Origin: Candidatus Kuenenia stuttgartensis
GTDB lineage: Bacteria > Planctomycetota > Planctomycetia > Planctomycetales > Planctomycetaceae
Length of the DNA: 64,000 nucleotides
Assembly: GCA_945906725.1 (NCBI GenBank)
Contig: CAMDRI010000003.1
Location: 2,436 to 66,435, forward strand
Direction of reading: 5' to 3'
The notes beneath the pieces are model-generated. The model saw only the letters and a list, made by a program, of their open reading frames with translations. It was not told where the DNA came from and ran no database searches. Position numbers and translations under genes: made by a program. Every line of letters starts with the position of its first letter. The stretch's first letter is position 1. Shown here piece by piece: positions 17,205 to 27,111 of the stretch.

Positions 17205-18442
17205 TTCTCAGACAGAAACGGTACGCACACCAACTCGGTGTCGCTGCGAGCGTATACCCGCGAGCCGGCGAACGCGGGGTGTGCCCAAGTGTAACCGATG
17301 ATGTTGGTGCGTGATTGCTCGTGATAGCCGGTCTCGTTGAGCCGCGCGAGGATCAAGTCGCCTTCACTGTTGAGGATGATCGCTCGATCGGCGTCGCCCA
17401 GCCACACGAGGCTCGCGTGCGGGTTGCGGCCGCGCGGGGTCATTTGGTTGTCGTCGTCCCAGAGCTTCGTCGAGGTCTTCAGGTCGAAGCAGGTCAGGCC
17501 GTATTGCTTGTCGAGCAGATAGACGAGTCCGTCGCGGTACAGCGGCTGCGACATCAAGCCGCGCAGAAAGTTATTTTCTTCCCAAGCCAGCTCGGCTTGT
17601 TCCGGCTGTGCTCCAAGGCGGATCGCTTTCGAGCCATTCCAATAGCCGCAGACGAGAACCAGTCCCTCTTGAAAAAGAGGTTCGGCAATCGCGACGCCGT
17701 AGGTGATCTCGTAGGGTACCTGCCAGAACAGTTTGCCGGTCACTGGGTCGAGACCTCGAATGTGCGACGGAGTCCAACAAATCAACTGCCGCCGCTCGTT
17801 GTGCGTGATGATCATCGGCGTCGCGTAGCCCGCAGCATCCGAAAGGCTTTGCCAAACGATCTTGCCCGATTGTCGATTCAACGCCGCGATGCTGTGGCCA
17901 TCCTTGCCTCCCGGTTGCAGGATGACGTTTTCGCCATCGACGAGCGCGGAGCCGGCGAAGCCCCATTCCTGCAATCGGCCATTGAGATCGCTGACATAAC
18001 TCACCGACCAAATCTTTTCACCAGTTGTCGCGTCGAGACAGCGGCACTCGCCGAGTGCTCCGACCGTGAAGAGTTTTCCGTCGTGCCACGTTGGAGCAGC
18101 TCGCGGGCCGGTGCCGTAGTCGAGCTTGCCGTAAGCCACCGGATACTCGTGCTTCCAAATCTGCTGGCCGGAGTTGGCATCGAAACAGATCACTCGTTCG
18201 GCTTCGGGTTCCTTCTGACGGTCCATGACGAAGACACGTTGACCGACAACGGTGACTCCGGAATACCCGCCGCCGATCGGCACTTTCCATTTCGGCTTCA
18301 GGCCTCCCTCCGGCCATTTCTCCGGCAGCTTGGGTCCGTGCCATGTGCCGTCTCCGCGCGGCCCGCGCCAACGCGGCCAGTCTTCGGCAGCCAACTGGCT
18401 AGCCAGACCGACGACGATCAGGAATGTGATCCAGCGGTACAT
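17201..18442 (-). CDS. PQQ-like/BamB-like beta-propeller repeat protein, secreted (413 aa)
   Basis: Trimmed to ATG 18442 (MYRWITFLIVVGLASQLAAEDWPRWRGPRGDGTW), with GAGGAAG upstream. It has a signal peptide followed by repeated G..V...d...G...W propeller blades. It is a paralogue of 57207..58508. Confidence 0.85.
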   Translation of the reverse strand: MYRWITFLIVVGLASQLAAEDWPRWRGPRGDGTWHGPKLPEKWPEGGLKPKWKVPIGGGYSGVTVVGQRVFVMDRQKEPEAERVICFDANSGQQIWKHEYPVAYGKLDYGTGPRAAPTWHDGKLFTVGALGECRCLDATTGEKIWSVSYVSDLNGRLQEWGFAGSALVDGENVILQPGGKDGHSIAALNRQSGKIVWQSLSDAAGYATPMIITHNERRQLICWTPSHIRGLDPVTGKLFWQVPYEITYGVAIAEPLFQEGLVLVCGYWNGSKAIRLGAQPEQAELAWEENNFLRGLMSQPLYRDGLVYLLDKQYGLTCFDLKTSTKLWDDDNQMTPRGRNPHASLVWLGDADRAIILNSEGDLILARLNETGYHEQSRTNIIGYTWAHPAFAGSRVYARSDTELVCVPFLSEK

Positions 18443-18458
18443 TGGAAACTTCCTCAAG

Positions 18459-19469
18459 CTAACCCGCCGTGGCATCTTGCTGAAACACCTCGGCAATGAC
18501 TTCTTCCAGTGGGCGGTCTTGGACGCTGACGTCTTCGATCTCGTAACGGCTGAGCAACGCCGTGAGCGTTTGCGCCACTTCGCTGCGTGGGATTCGCAAC
18601 TTTAACCGCGGCGACTTGATGTCGAAGACCGTGCCGAACCGTTCCAACTCGGAGTTCGCCGGCAGCTCGCTGGCGAATTGCAGTTCGATAACTTTGGTTT
18701 GGCTGAAGCGTCCTACGATCGAGGCCAACGGGCCGTCGTGCTGAATCAGGCCTTGATTGATGATGACTGCGCGCTCGCAGAGAGCCTCGACGTCTTTCAT
18801 GTAGTGGCTGGTCAACAGGACTGTGATTTGCCGCTCGCGCTGATAGTGCTTGAGGAACTCCTGGACCTTGCGCTGCGAGACGACGTCCAAACCGATGGTC
18901 GGCTCGTCGAGAAGCAGCAAATCCGGGCTGTGCAGCAGTGCGGCGATCAATTCCATACGCATCCGCTCACCGAGCGACAATTCGCGCACCGGCTGGCCAA
19001 CGAGCTTGCGGACTTCCAGAAGATCGGTCAGCTCGTCAAGCCGGCGCTGAAACGCGACTGGCTCAATGTGATAGATCGCTTCATGCAGACGAAACGATTC
19101 TTGAGCGGGCAAGTCCCACCAGAGCTGATTCTTCTGCCCCATGACCAGCGAGAAGCGACGGCGATACGCGATCTCACGTTGCCACGGTGTGAAGCCTAGC
19201 GCCGTCGCGCTGCCGCTCGTCGGATAGATCAATCCGCTGAGCAGCTTCAGAGTCGTCGTCTTGCCGGCTCCGTTGGGGCCGAGAAACGCGACCATCTCGC
19301 CCTGGCGAATCGAAAAGCTGACTCCGCCGACGGCGGTCACGGTTTTGTATTCGCGACGGAACAGGCTCTTGAGCGACGCCGCCAGGCCCTCGCGTTTTTG
19401 GAACACGCGATAGACCTTCGTGAGGTCGCGAACTTCGATGGCATTGGGAGCATCGGCGGCGGATGTCAT
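18459..19469 (-). CDS. ABC transporter ATP-binding protein (336 aa)
   Basis: Walker A is [10 protein letters not shown], the signature is LSLGERMR and Walker B is [14 protein letters not shown]-terminal extension is present. Confidence 0.92.
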   Translation of the reverse strand: MTSAADAPNAIEVRDLTKVYRVFQKREGLAASLKSLFRREYKTVTAVGGVSFSIRQGEMVAFLGPNGAGKTTTLKLLSGLIYPTSGSATALGFTPWQREIAYRRRFSLVMGQKNQLWWDLPAQESFRLHEAIYHIEPVAFQRRLDELTDLLEVRKLVGQPVRELSLGERMRMELIAALLHSPDLLLLDEPTIGLDVVSQRKVQEFLKHYQRERQITVLLTSHYMKDVEALCERAVIINQGLIQHDGPLASIVGRFSQTKVIELQFASELPANSELERFGTVFDIKSPRLKLRIPRSEVAQTLTALLSRYEIEDVSVQDRPLEEVIAEVFQQDATAG

Positions 19470-19552
19470 AAGCGTTATCCTAGAGGCCGTCGGCAGTGGA
19501 CAGTAGGCATCGCAGGCGTGTCGAATTCAACGGCGTGATTGGAACATCAACA

Positions 19553-20401
19553 ATGAAAATTGAGAAAAGCAAAATCTGGGCAACGCGAGTGGTCGTGTCC
19601 GGCCTGCTGGTGTTGGCCGTTGGAGCGGCGTTCGCCGAAGAACCGAAAGTGCCGAACGCCGCGAGGTCTGTGCATCTCGGATTTCCGGCTCCCGACGCGA
19701 CCGTTTTTTACAACGAAGTCACCGTCGAGGAGTCCGTCCCCGGCAGCTACTTCATGGTCTGTGGATTTAAGCACGGCTACCTAGGCATTCAAGAATTGAG
19801 CGGGCCGGAGGACAAAGTCGTGTTGTTCTCGATCTGGGATCCTGGCGATCAAAACGATCCAAACTCGGTGCCGGCGGATCGGCGGGTTGAGGTGTTGCAC
19901 AACGACAAGGACGTTCGCGTCGGTCGCTTCGGCAACGAGGGGACCGGAGCACAGTCGTTCTACAAATTGAAGTGGCAGATCGGGCAGACGTATCGCTTTT
20001 GCGTGAAGGCAACCATCGAGAAGTCGAAAACGTCGTTCGCTGCGTACCTGTGGCTCGAAGAATCGAAAGAGTGGAAACATCTGGCGACGTTTCGGACGCA
20101 AACAGGCGGCGAGCCATTGCGTGGGCTGTATTCATTTCTCGAAGACTTTCGCCGAGACGGCCGCAGCGCGAAGCAGACTCGGCGGGCGACCTTTGGGAAT
20201 GGCTGGGTGCAGACCACGAACGGTGATTGGGTCTCGCTAACGAAAGCTCGATTCACGGGCGATGGTACGCCACTCGACAACATCGACGCGGGGGTCAAGG
20301 ACCGCCGCTTTTGGCTGGTGACGGGCGGGGACGCGAAGAATCATGTGCCGCTGAAGTCGATGCTGTCGTGGGTACCGGTCGATTTGCCGTCGAACCCCTG
20401 A
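19553..20401 (+). CDS. secreted protein, DUF3472-like (family assignment tentative), 282 aa
   Basis: Trimmed to ATG 19553 (MKIEKSKIWATRVVVSGLLVLAVGAAFAEE signal peptide). The motifs YFMVCGFKHGYLGIQE and VLFSIWDPGDQN resemble DUF3472. Confidence 0.75.
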   Translation: MKIEKSKIWATRVVVSGLLVLAVGAAFAEEPKVPNAARSVHLGFPAPDATVFYNEVTVEESVPGSYFMVCGFKHGYLGIQELSGPEDKVVLFSIWDPGDQNDPNSVPADRRVEVLHNDKDVRVGRFGNEGTGAQSFYKLKWQIGQTYRFCVKATIEKSKTSFAAYLWLEESKEWKHLATFRTQTGGEPLRGLYSFLEDFRRDGRSAKQTRRATFGNGWVQTTNGDWVSLTKARFTGDGTPLDNIDAGVKDRRFWLVTGGDAKNHVPLKSMLSWVPVDLPSNP

Positions 20402-20740
20402 TGTAGCGTTTTGGCAATACGTTGCCAAAGTGCAGCACTCGTGGTGTGGCCCAGCAACATCGGGTCGTCGAAAATGCGAGGACGGAGCTAAATCGGATGC
20501 CGCTGCTCTTGGCCGATCCGAACATCCCGCACGCGACCGATCGGCTGATCGGTATGATGCTGCGAGACGAGATCGCTCGCGGTGACTCGTGGCATTTGTT
20601 TCTGCCAAACAGCGTCTAGGGCACGACCGTCGATCATCGCTTGTGGCGACCGACCGAGTTGCGCGAACTGACGGTGACTCACGACCGCCGGGGGACAATT
20701 CGCACGCGATTACAACGCTGGTTGGCAGGAGACCGGCGAG

Positions 20741-22513
20741 TTACTTCAACGTCTTATTGCTGAAGTCCGAGATCTCAGTTCCGAGGAATTTCAAGAGCCC
20801 CTCGTCGAACCGGGTTGATCCGGTGACGCGGCCGTTCTTCGCATCCAGCTTGGTTTCAATCGTGTCCTTGCCCTCTTTCAGAACCTCCAGCGCGAGCCTG
20901 CGGTGCGCCGCACGGTCTTTTTTGTCCTTGAGGTTCGCGTCGGACAACTTCACGTCAGACGGCTTCGCGTCCAACCGAACTCGCCGCGTGTCGACGAGTT
21001 CCAGCCACGGACCAACATGATAAAACAATGTCAGAAAGTTGCTGGCGAGCACCGCATTCGGCTGAGTCGAGTCTGTGATCGCCTTCTTCAGTTGATCGAG
21101 CGACTTCGGACCAATCGCGACCCACCACGCCTTCGGGCCGGTCGCCACGTAGACGGGAACGCCTTTACCGAAGAGCAACTCCATGTCTTCATTGGTGTCT
21201 GGAATGGCCAGAGTGTGGATCGCGTAGTCACCAAGTTTTTCGACATCAAATTGCACTTTGTACCCGCCGTTCATTTTCGGGAGCGGTTCCAAAGCTCCCT
21301 TCACGGCGTTTCCGTCTTTGGCCTTCAGAGCGAAGACGAGATTCGACTTCTCTCCGTTCGGCTGAGAGACCTCGATCAAGCCATCGACGCCCCCTTCGTT
21401 GACGCCGTCCGTGAGCATGTCGAACCAGACCTTCCACGCCTGTTTGCGGGCGGCTTTCTGCTCGTCCGTGTAATCCTTCGAGATTGTGATCTTGGCTTCC
21501 TCGCTGGCGCGAAGCAGTGGAATGGCTCCCAGGAAGTTGGATTTCCGGAATCCATCCAGCGGGAAATGAATACGTCCGCTGAGGATCGCGTCCTTGCCGC
21601 GCGGGACGCCGGAGAACATTCCCGGCGCTTGGCCCAGCAGCTTGGCGCTGACCTCCAAGTCGGTGCCAGGAACCGCTTCGAACTCCAGGTCCAGCCGGGC
21701 CTCTTTCTTCGGAGCGTCGGTCGTCCAACCGAGCGTCAACTCGGATGACTCAGAAATGAATCGGCTTAACTCGCCGAGGTTGTGATCGAGGATCGCCTTC
21801 TGCACCGCGAATGCTTCGGGGAGTTCGTCGGCGGCCTGCTTGATCCCCGCGTTCAGTTCGTCCTTTACTTTTTGAAAGTCTGCCGCGCGGGCCTTGATCG
21901 AGGCTGCGTCCTTTTTGAGATTTTCCAGCATGATGCCGACATCAAACTTTTTTGCCAGCAGTGCGGCGATAACCTTAGCTGCCATCGGATCACCCAGATT
22001 GGGTGGAAGAGTTGCACGTTTTTTGGCAATCACCGAGTAGTTGACCGGTGCGACAAGAATTCGCTGAAAGCCATTGAATGCCGATCCGGGGATTTCCTTA
22101 TCACCACCGCCAAGCTGATAGAAGTTGGCGACCAACTTCTTCGATTTGATCCCGATCCCATCAATGTTCCGCAGGAACTTCTCGCCGAGCGGCTTCCCCG
22201 GAACGACTTGCAACGGAAAATAGGCTCGCACGTCCGCTCCGGTCGGAGCCAGCAGAACGTCGAAGATCGCCGGCTTCGAAGTGTCGGTGCCACTGAAGAT
22301 CTCGGCCAGAAACGACTCCAACAGCTTCCAGCCTCGGACCCCTTGCGGCCCGGCTAGTTCGCACATGAACTTGAGGTCCGCGGAGAGTTCGTCACCGGAT
22401 AGCAGGACGGCATGGATTTCCGGAGCGTGCGGTGGCGCGACGGCTTGTGCGAAAAGCGACTGCTGAGCCAATCCCAATGAGAAGCACAGAGCCAAAGCAG
22501 CGAGGCGAATCAT
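20741..22513 (-). CDS. secreted hypothetical protein (590 aa)
   Basis: Trimmed to ATG 22513 (MIRLAALALCFSLGLAQQSLFAQA signal peptide). The long ORF is non-repetitive and Lys/Asp-rich with normal codon bias. No recognisable family. Confidence 0.75.
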   Translation of the reverse strand: MIRLAALALCFSLGLAQQSLFAQAVAPPHAPEIHAVLLSGDELSADLKFMCELAGPQGVRGWKLLESFLAEIFSGTDTSKPAIFDVLLAPTGADVRAYFPLQVVPGKPLGEKFLRNIDGIGIKSKKLVANFYQLGGGDKEIPGSAFNGFQRILVAPVNYSVIAKKRATLPPNLGDPMAAKVIAALLAKKFDVGIMLENLKKDAASIKARAADFQKVKDELNAGIKQAADELPEAFAVQKAILDHNLGELSRFISESSELTLGWTTDAPKKEARLDLEFEAVPGTDLEVSAKLLGQAPGMFSGVPRGKDAILSGRIHFPLDGFRKSNFLGAIPLLRASEEAKITISKDYTDEQKAARKQAWKVWFDMLTDGVNEGGVDGLIEVSQPNGEKSNLVFALKAKDGNAVKGALEPLPKMNGGYKVQFDVEKLGDYAIHTLAIPDTNEDMELLFGKGVPVYVATGPKAWWVAIGPKSLDQLKKAITDSTQPNAVLASNFLTLFYHVGPWLELVDTRRVRLDAKPSDVKLSDANLKDKKDRAAHRRLALEVLKEGKDTIETKLDAKNGRVTGSTRFDEGLLKFLGTEISDFSNKTLK

Positions 22514-22751
22514 TTTCACAGGGGACTCCCTCCAATAGCAATCCTCGATTGAGCTTGTTCGGGATTCCCAACAAACCCAACTAAGGTACCAAGCCAAATC
22601 AGTAGACCCGCTCCATGGGTCGGCGGATTTTAGGGCGATCAGAAAAAATTGGACAAGACGGGTTCCAACAGTCGGAGGCCCAGCATCGCCTACGGTGGAA
22701 TCGCGGAGCAGTTGAATGGCCGATCTCCCGCGAAGGTGAACTCCGATACGA

Positions 22752-23996
22752 TTACATCACTCGCTCCAACACCAGACAGGCATTGTGGCCGCCGAAGCCG
22801 AAGCTGTTTTTCAAGATTCGACGGATCGGCATCGGCCGCGCTTCGTGAGGCACGTAGTCGAGATCACATCCCTCGTCCGGATTATCGAGATTGATCGTCG
22901 GCGGTGCGACTTGATTCTGCAGCGCGAGCACACAGGCAACGGCTTCCACGCCGCCCGATGCACCGAGCAAATGTCCCATCTGGCTCTTGATGCTCGACAC
23001 GGCGATCTTGCGGACGTATTCGGCGAACACGGTCTTGATCGCGAACGTTTCGGCTTTGTCGCCCAGCGGAGTACTCGTGCCGTGAGCGTTCACGTAGTCG
23101 ATGTCACTGGCATTGATTTTGGCGTCCTTGATCGCACATTGCATCGCGCGCGCGGCTCCGCGACCCTCGGGGTCCGGCGCGGTCATGTGATTTCCGTCGG
23201 CCGACATGCCGTAGCCCAGAATCTCAGCCAGAATGTTGGCACCACGTTTCTTGGCGTGTTCGTATTCTTCGAGAACGAGGACTCCGGCCCCTTCCGCGAT
23301 GACGAAACCGTCACGGTCTTTGTCCCAGGGGCGGCTGGCTCGTTCAGGTTCTTCATTGCGAGTCGATAGTGCAGCCATCCGTGCGAAGCCGGACAACCCC
23401 ATCGGAGTAATCGCGGCTTCGCTGCCTCCGGTAATCATCGCGTCGGCATGGTCGAGTTGAATCAGACGGAAAGCGTCGCCGATCGCATTCGTCGCCGACG
23501 CACAGGCGGTCGCAACCGCACTGTTCGGGCCGCGCAGTTGCCAATTCACAGAGATATTGCCGCTGGCCGCATTGACCATCAGTTTGGGAATCATGAACGG
23601 CGAAACACGCGAAGGCCCGCGTTCAAAGAGTTGATTATGTTGCTGCTCGATTTCTTGCAGGCCACCGATCCCGCTGCCAATCAACACGCCATTTCGGTAT
23701 TGATCACCTTGTGAGAAATCCATTCCTGACTGACGAACGGCCTTGGCGGCGGCAGCCATCGCGAATTGCACGAAGCGATCCAGGCGTTTGACGTCCTTGG
23801 CTTCGATCTGCATGTGTTCGGTGAGTTCGAACTCTTTGATCTCACCCGCGAAGCGGACTTTGTAGTCCGAGCAATCAAACCTGGCGATTGGACCGACGCC
23901 GCTCTTACCCGCGCAGATGCGGTCCCAAAAATCGGGAACCTCGAAGCCCAGCGAAGTAACCACGCCCAGGCCAGTGACGACAACTCGACGACTCAT
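22752..23996 (-). CDS. fabF: 3-oxoacyl-ACP synthase II (414 aa)
   Basis: The sequence MSRRVVVTGLGVVTSLG, the active-site region ACASATNAIGDA, and HGTSTPLGD and GHLLGASG show the classical KAS II Cys-His-His triad context. It lies directly downstream of acpP. Confidence 0.95.
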   Translation of the reverse strand: MSRRVVVTGLGVVTSLGFEVPDFWDRICAGKSGVGPIARFDCSDYKVRFAGEIKEFELTEHMQIEAKDVKRLDRFVQFAMAAAAKAVRQSGMDFSQGDQYRNGVLIGSGIGGLQEIEQQHNQLFERGPSRVSPFMIPKLMVNAASGNISVNWQLRGPNSAVATACASATNAIGDAFRLIQLDHADAMITGGSEAAITPMGLSGFARMAALSTRNEEPERASRPWDKDRDGFVIAEGAGVLVLEEYEHAKKRGANILAEILGYGMSADGNHMTAPDPEGRGAARAMQCAIKDAKINASDIDYVNAHGTSTPLGDKAETFAIKTVFAEYVRKIAVSSIKSQMGHLLGASGGVEAVACVLALQNQVAPPTINLDNPDEGCDLDYVPHEARPMPIRRILKNSFGFGGHNACLVLERVM

Positions 23997-24178
23997 CCTT
24001 GTACTCTTCCCAATGCCAGTCCGTCCGCTGCAGGTTGACCGAACCGCGCCCGAACGGGTGTGGGTTCTCGCAATGTGCGACTCGCCTCCAAGGGCGGACC
24101 AGAGTTCGCTCAGAGGAATCAGCCCACGGCTGACTCGTGATTGCGATGGTCAGCTTATCGGCTGACAACCGCGAGTCG

Positions 24179-24418
24179 CTAGGCGGCGTTCTTCTTGTCC
24201 GTGATGTATTTCACCGCGTCGCCGACGGTCTTGATCTTGTCGTAATCGTCGTCGGGAATGGTGACCTCGAATTCGTCCTCGAACTCCATGACGAGTTCCA
24301 CGACATCGAGCGAGTCCGCCTTCAGATCGTCCACGAACTTGCTTTCAGACTTGATCTCTTCTTTGGCAACTCCGAGTTGCTCGCACACAATGGCAATCAC
24401 TTTTTCTTCAACTGACAC
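24179..24418 (-). CDS. acpP: acyl carrier protein (79 aa)
   Basis: GTG 24418 is preceded by GGAGGG 7 nt upstream ([17 protein letters not shown]). The phosphopantetheine site is [18 protein letters not shown]. Confidence 0.92.
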   Translation of the reverse strand: MSVEEKVIAIVCEQLGVAKEEIKSESKFVDDLKADSLDVVELVMEFEDEFEVTIPDDDYDKIKTVGDAVKYITDKKNAA

Positions 24419-24767
24419 GGAATAGCCCTCCGAAGGCTGATCGCAGTTTTGGCCCACTCTGGATTCGCCCGCACGTCATTGCGGTCACGGCCACTCGGCC
24501 GAAAGATTCATTCAAACATTTTGACAAATCGCCCAACACGCTTCGTCAAAACGCGAGCACATATAACCGTTTCCGAAAAACGTGTAAACGGAGAAGCCGG
24601 TTGAGAAACCGACAGATCAAAAGTGAACTCCGGCTGGACGCAACTTCGATCACCCATCACGGAGATTCTTGCCCCCGGAAGTCGTCGATAACCCCGCCTT
24701 GACCGATTTCTGCAATCTCAGCTATTTCGCCCGTCTCATTCGCCGCAGAGTCACACGGAGGTGCGTC

Positions 24768-25385
24768 ATGATCAAGCGTTGGCTGACCGGATTCGGAATC
24801 ACCGCCTACTTGGGGACGCTGATGTTTGGCATCGTCTCTCACGCCGCCAACTTTCAGGACGGTTCGCACCCGTCGATGTACTTCATCGTCTGGGACATGT
24901 TCTGCGGTTGGTCGGCCTACGAGAATCGAACGCACATCGTCGGGCAAGGAGTCAGCGGCAAATACTACGAACTCTCACCCGGCCCGTGGGGCGACTATCA
25001 GCCCTACGGCAACATCAGCCGACACCATTATGACTCGTTCAATCTGAATCCGCAGACCATCGCGGTCAATTGTCTGAAGCACACGACTCACGAACCAATG
25101 ACTCGGCTGTACGTCGTCGAGGAAGCCTGGGCAAAGAAGTACAACCTGCCGGAATCGCTTTGGCAGCAGCGGTACTCCGAGCCGAAGGAGCCGTACTCCT
25201 ATTTTCACGTCCGTACGGTGTTGACACCGGAGGGACAGATCACTGGAAACGCAGTGCCTTGGTTGTCCTATCAGACCAACTTCACGATCTCGGACAACCC
25301 GCGACTGCAACGAGAATCCCAAACGAGCGTGCCGATGTTCATGGTTCGCCCGATTTCCGAGACGTCGTCTCCTTCCGCGAATTGA
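24768..25385 (+). CDS. membrane-anchored hypothetical protein (205 aa)
   Basis: Trimmed to ATG 24768, with ACGGAGG 6 nt upstream. The N-terminal helix is WLTGFGITAYLGTLMFGIVSHAA, followed by a soluble domain (MYFIVWDMFCGWSAYENR...). It lies 86 nt upstream of the HTTM gene. Confidence 0.65.
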   Translation: MIKRWLTGFGITAYLGTLMFGIVSHAANFQDGSHPSMYFIVWDMFCGWSAYENRTHIVGQGVSGKYYELSPGPWGDYQPYGNISRHHYDSFNLNPQTIAVNCLKHTTHEPMTRLYVVEEAWAKKYNLPESLWQQRYSEPKEPYSYFHVRTVLTPEGQITGNAVPWLSYQTNFTISDNPRLQRESQTSVPMFMVRPISETSSPSAN

Positions 25386-25471
25386 GTTTCCGGAGCACTC
25401 CTGCCCGTCCCGGGTTTGAATGATGGGCAAGAGTGCCCATCCTACTGACGCAAAGAGTCAAGGAAGACAAC

Positions 25472-27055
25472 ATGACCACCACGTCACATCACGCCGGCAA
25501 CGAAATTCCGTCTGGTTTGCGAGCGAGAATCGGGAAGTTCTTCTTTGCCGAGGAAACCTCGTTCGGTTTGGCACTCGTCCGAATCGTCATTTGCATCGCG
25601 TGTCTACTGGTGACGGTGCCTCGCTGGATTCACTCGCGCGAACTGTACTCCTCAGACGGCGCGCCGACACCGTTGGCGTTGAATTACGGATATGCCGACC
25701 TGCTGCCAATCCCGTCAGGAGGACTCGCGGTCGCGCTGATGACGATTCTGACTTTCTGCTGCACAACGGCCTGTATCGGCTGGTGTACTCGTGCGTCGTT
25801 GGCGATTTCCGCGGTGCTCTACACTTACCTGAACTTGCTCGACTCCATCAGCACGATGACGAAGTACTCGGTCATCACGTCGCATGTGTTGTTTCTGCTG
25901 GCCTTCTCGCACTGCGGAGCCGTCTGGTCGGTTGATGCCTGGCTGCGCCGGCGACGATTGGGGCTGCCGCAACCGACGTCACTGGCGGAACACCCAAAGT
26001 TTGCCGCCTGGCCTCGACGTCTGATCCAAATTCTGATCGGCGTCGTCTACTTCGGAGCCTCCGTGACGAAATTACACACGCCGGCCTATTTCAGCGGCGA
26101 CCAGCTTTGGCACTGGATGATCACCAACGTCAACAACGCCAACCCCGTCGGCGAATGGATGACTCTGTACCCGGCCTCTCTGGTCGGGTTCGCGTATCTG
26201 TGCGTGATCTGGGAAATCCTGTTCCTGTTCGTGAGTTGGCGAGGCTGGAGTCGCGTCTGCATGTTGACGATGGGCGTGGGCTTTCACGTCATGACGACGC
26301 TGACGCTCGGCCTGTACTTGTTCCCGATCACCTGCATCGCGACCTATTTCGCGTTCGTGAATTCCGAGGATGTCGTCGCGGCTGCCGCTCGTTGGCGACG
26401 CTGGAATCGCCGTCACGGCGAGACTTGGCTGCCACGTTTCAACGCCGTCACTCGGTTGCCGCGAGTGCTCGCGGTCTGGGCGACTACCGCGCTGCGTCCT
26501 GCCGGACTTCGGCTGACACCAGCGGGATCGCTCGGAGTTTTCGGCATGCTGCTGACTGTCGTCTCAGTGGGAGCGGTGGAAGTCGAATACCGTCTCGATA
26601 TCTACGGCGAACGTGGTCCCAATGGTCCGCTCGCACTGAAAGAAATCGATCCGAAAGTTGTCAAGCAAATGTTCGCCGGAAGCAAGAGGCTCCGCGAATA
26701 TGACAAGCTGCTCGCCTTCGACATCGGTTCGAGCATGTTTGGCGGCATGATCACCGGAGTGCGCGACACTTTTCAATACGGTGATTCCATCATCGCCCAA
26801 TGCTCGCTCAGCCCACCGCACGAGGACATGTGGCTCGAGTGCAACTTGCACGACGCCAACAACGTCCTGATCGACCGGGTTGGCCAGATCGTTGTTCGCT
26901 CGCAACTGCGAGGCAACTTTCTGTACCGAGCCTGTGACGCTCTCGATCCCGGTACGTACTTCCTGGTTCTGCGCACGGGAACTCAGGAACTCACCCGCCG
27001 CAAAATCGAAATCCTGCCGAGTGACGAGGCCCGCTGCCGAATCAACGCAAACTGA
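25472..27055 (+). CDS. HTTM domain (vitamin K-dependent gamma-carboxylase-like) membrane protein (527 aa)
   Basis: Trimmed to ATG 25472 (AAGGAAG upstream). The opening FFFAEETSFGLALVRIVICIACLLVTV...YSSDG and the following helices fit HTTM. About 230 aa of uncharacterised C-terminal domain follow. Confidence 0.8.
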   Translation: MTTTSHHAGNEIPSGLRARIGKFFFAEETSFGLALVRIVICIACLLVTVPRWIHSRELYSSDGAPTPLALNYGYADLLPIPSGGLAVALMTILTFCCTTACIGWCTRASLAISAVLYTYLNLLDSISTMTKYSVITSHVLFLLAFSHCGAVWSVDAWLRRRRLGLPQPTSLAEHPKFAAWPRRLIQILIGVVYFGASVTKLHTPAYFSGDQLWHWMITNVNNANPVGEWMTLYPASLVGFAYLCVIWEILFLFVSWRGWSRVCMLTMGVGFHVMTTLTLGLYLFPITCIATYFAFVNSEDVVAAAARWRRWNRRHGETWLPRFNAVTRLPRVLAVWATTALRPAGLRLTPAGSLGVFGMLLTVVSVGAVEVEYRLDIYGERGPNGPLALKEIDPKVVKQMFAGSKRLREYDKLLAFDIGSSMFGGMITGVRDTFQYGDSIIAQCSLSPPHEDMWLECNLHDANNVLIDRVGQIVVRSQLRGNFLYRACDALDPGTYFLVLRTGTQELTRRKIEILPSDEARCRINAN

Positions 27056-27063
27056 TCGAGCAG

Positions 27064-27107
27064 AAAAAAAGCCCGGCATCTTCGAGATGCCGGGCTTTTG
27101 ATTTTTT
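27064..27107. terminator. bidirectional intrinsic terminator between convergent HTTM gene and clpC
   Basis: The read is AAAAAAA-GCCCGGCATC-TTCGA-GATGCCGGGC-TTTTGATTTTTT. This is a perfect 10-11 bp GC-rich stem flanked by A and T tracts. Confidence 0.8.
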
Positions 27108-27111
27108 GCCG

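Noticed and set aside
17315-18499. 394-aa plus-strand ORF.
   Set aside because: It is antisense to the PQQ/BamB-like propeller gene, which has a signal peptide, an RBS and a paralogue at 57207..58508.
20402-20740. Gene-poor 340 bp with small ORFs on both strands (20422..20619 plus, 20488..20682 minus) and a hairpin tttggcaa-tacg-ttgccaaa right after the DUF3472-like stop.
   Set aside because: Neither ORF has a convincing start. The plus ORF opens on a TTG inside the hairpin. Neither shows a recognisable motif. The plus frame has the better G/C bias at codon position 3, but the evidence is too thin to call a gene. The hairpin lacks a T-tract.
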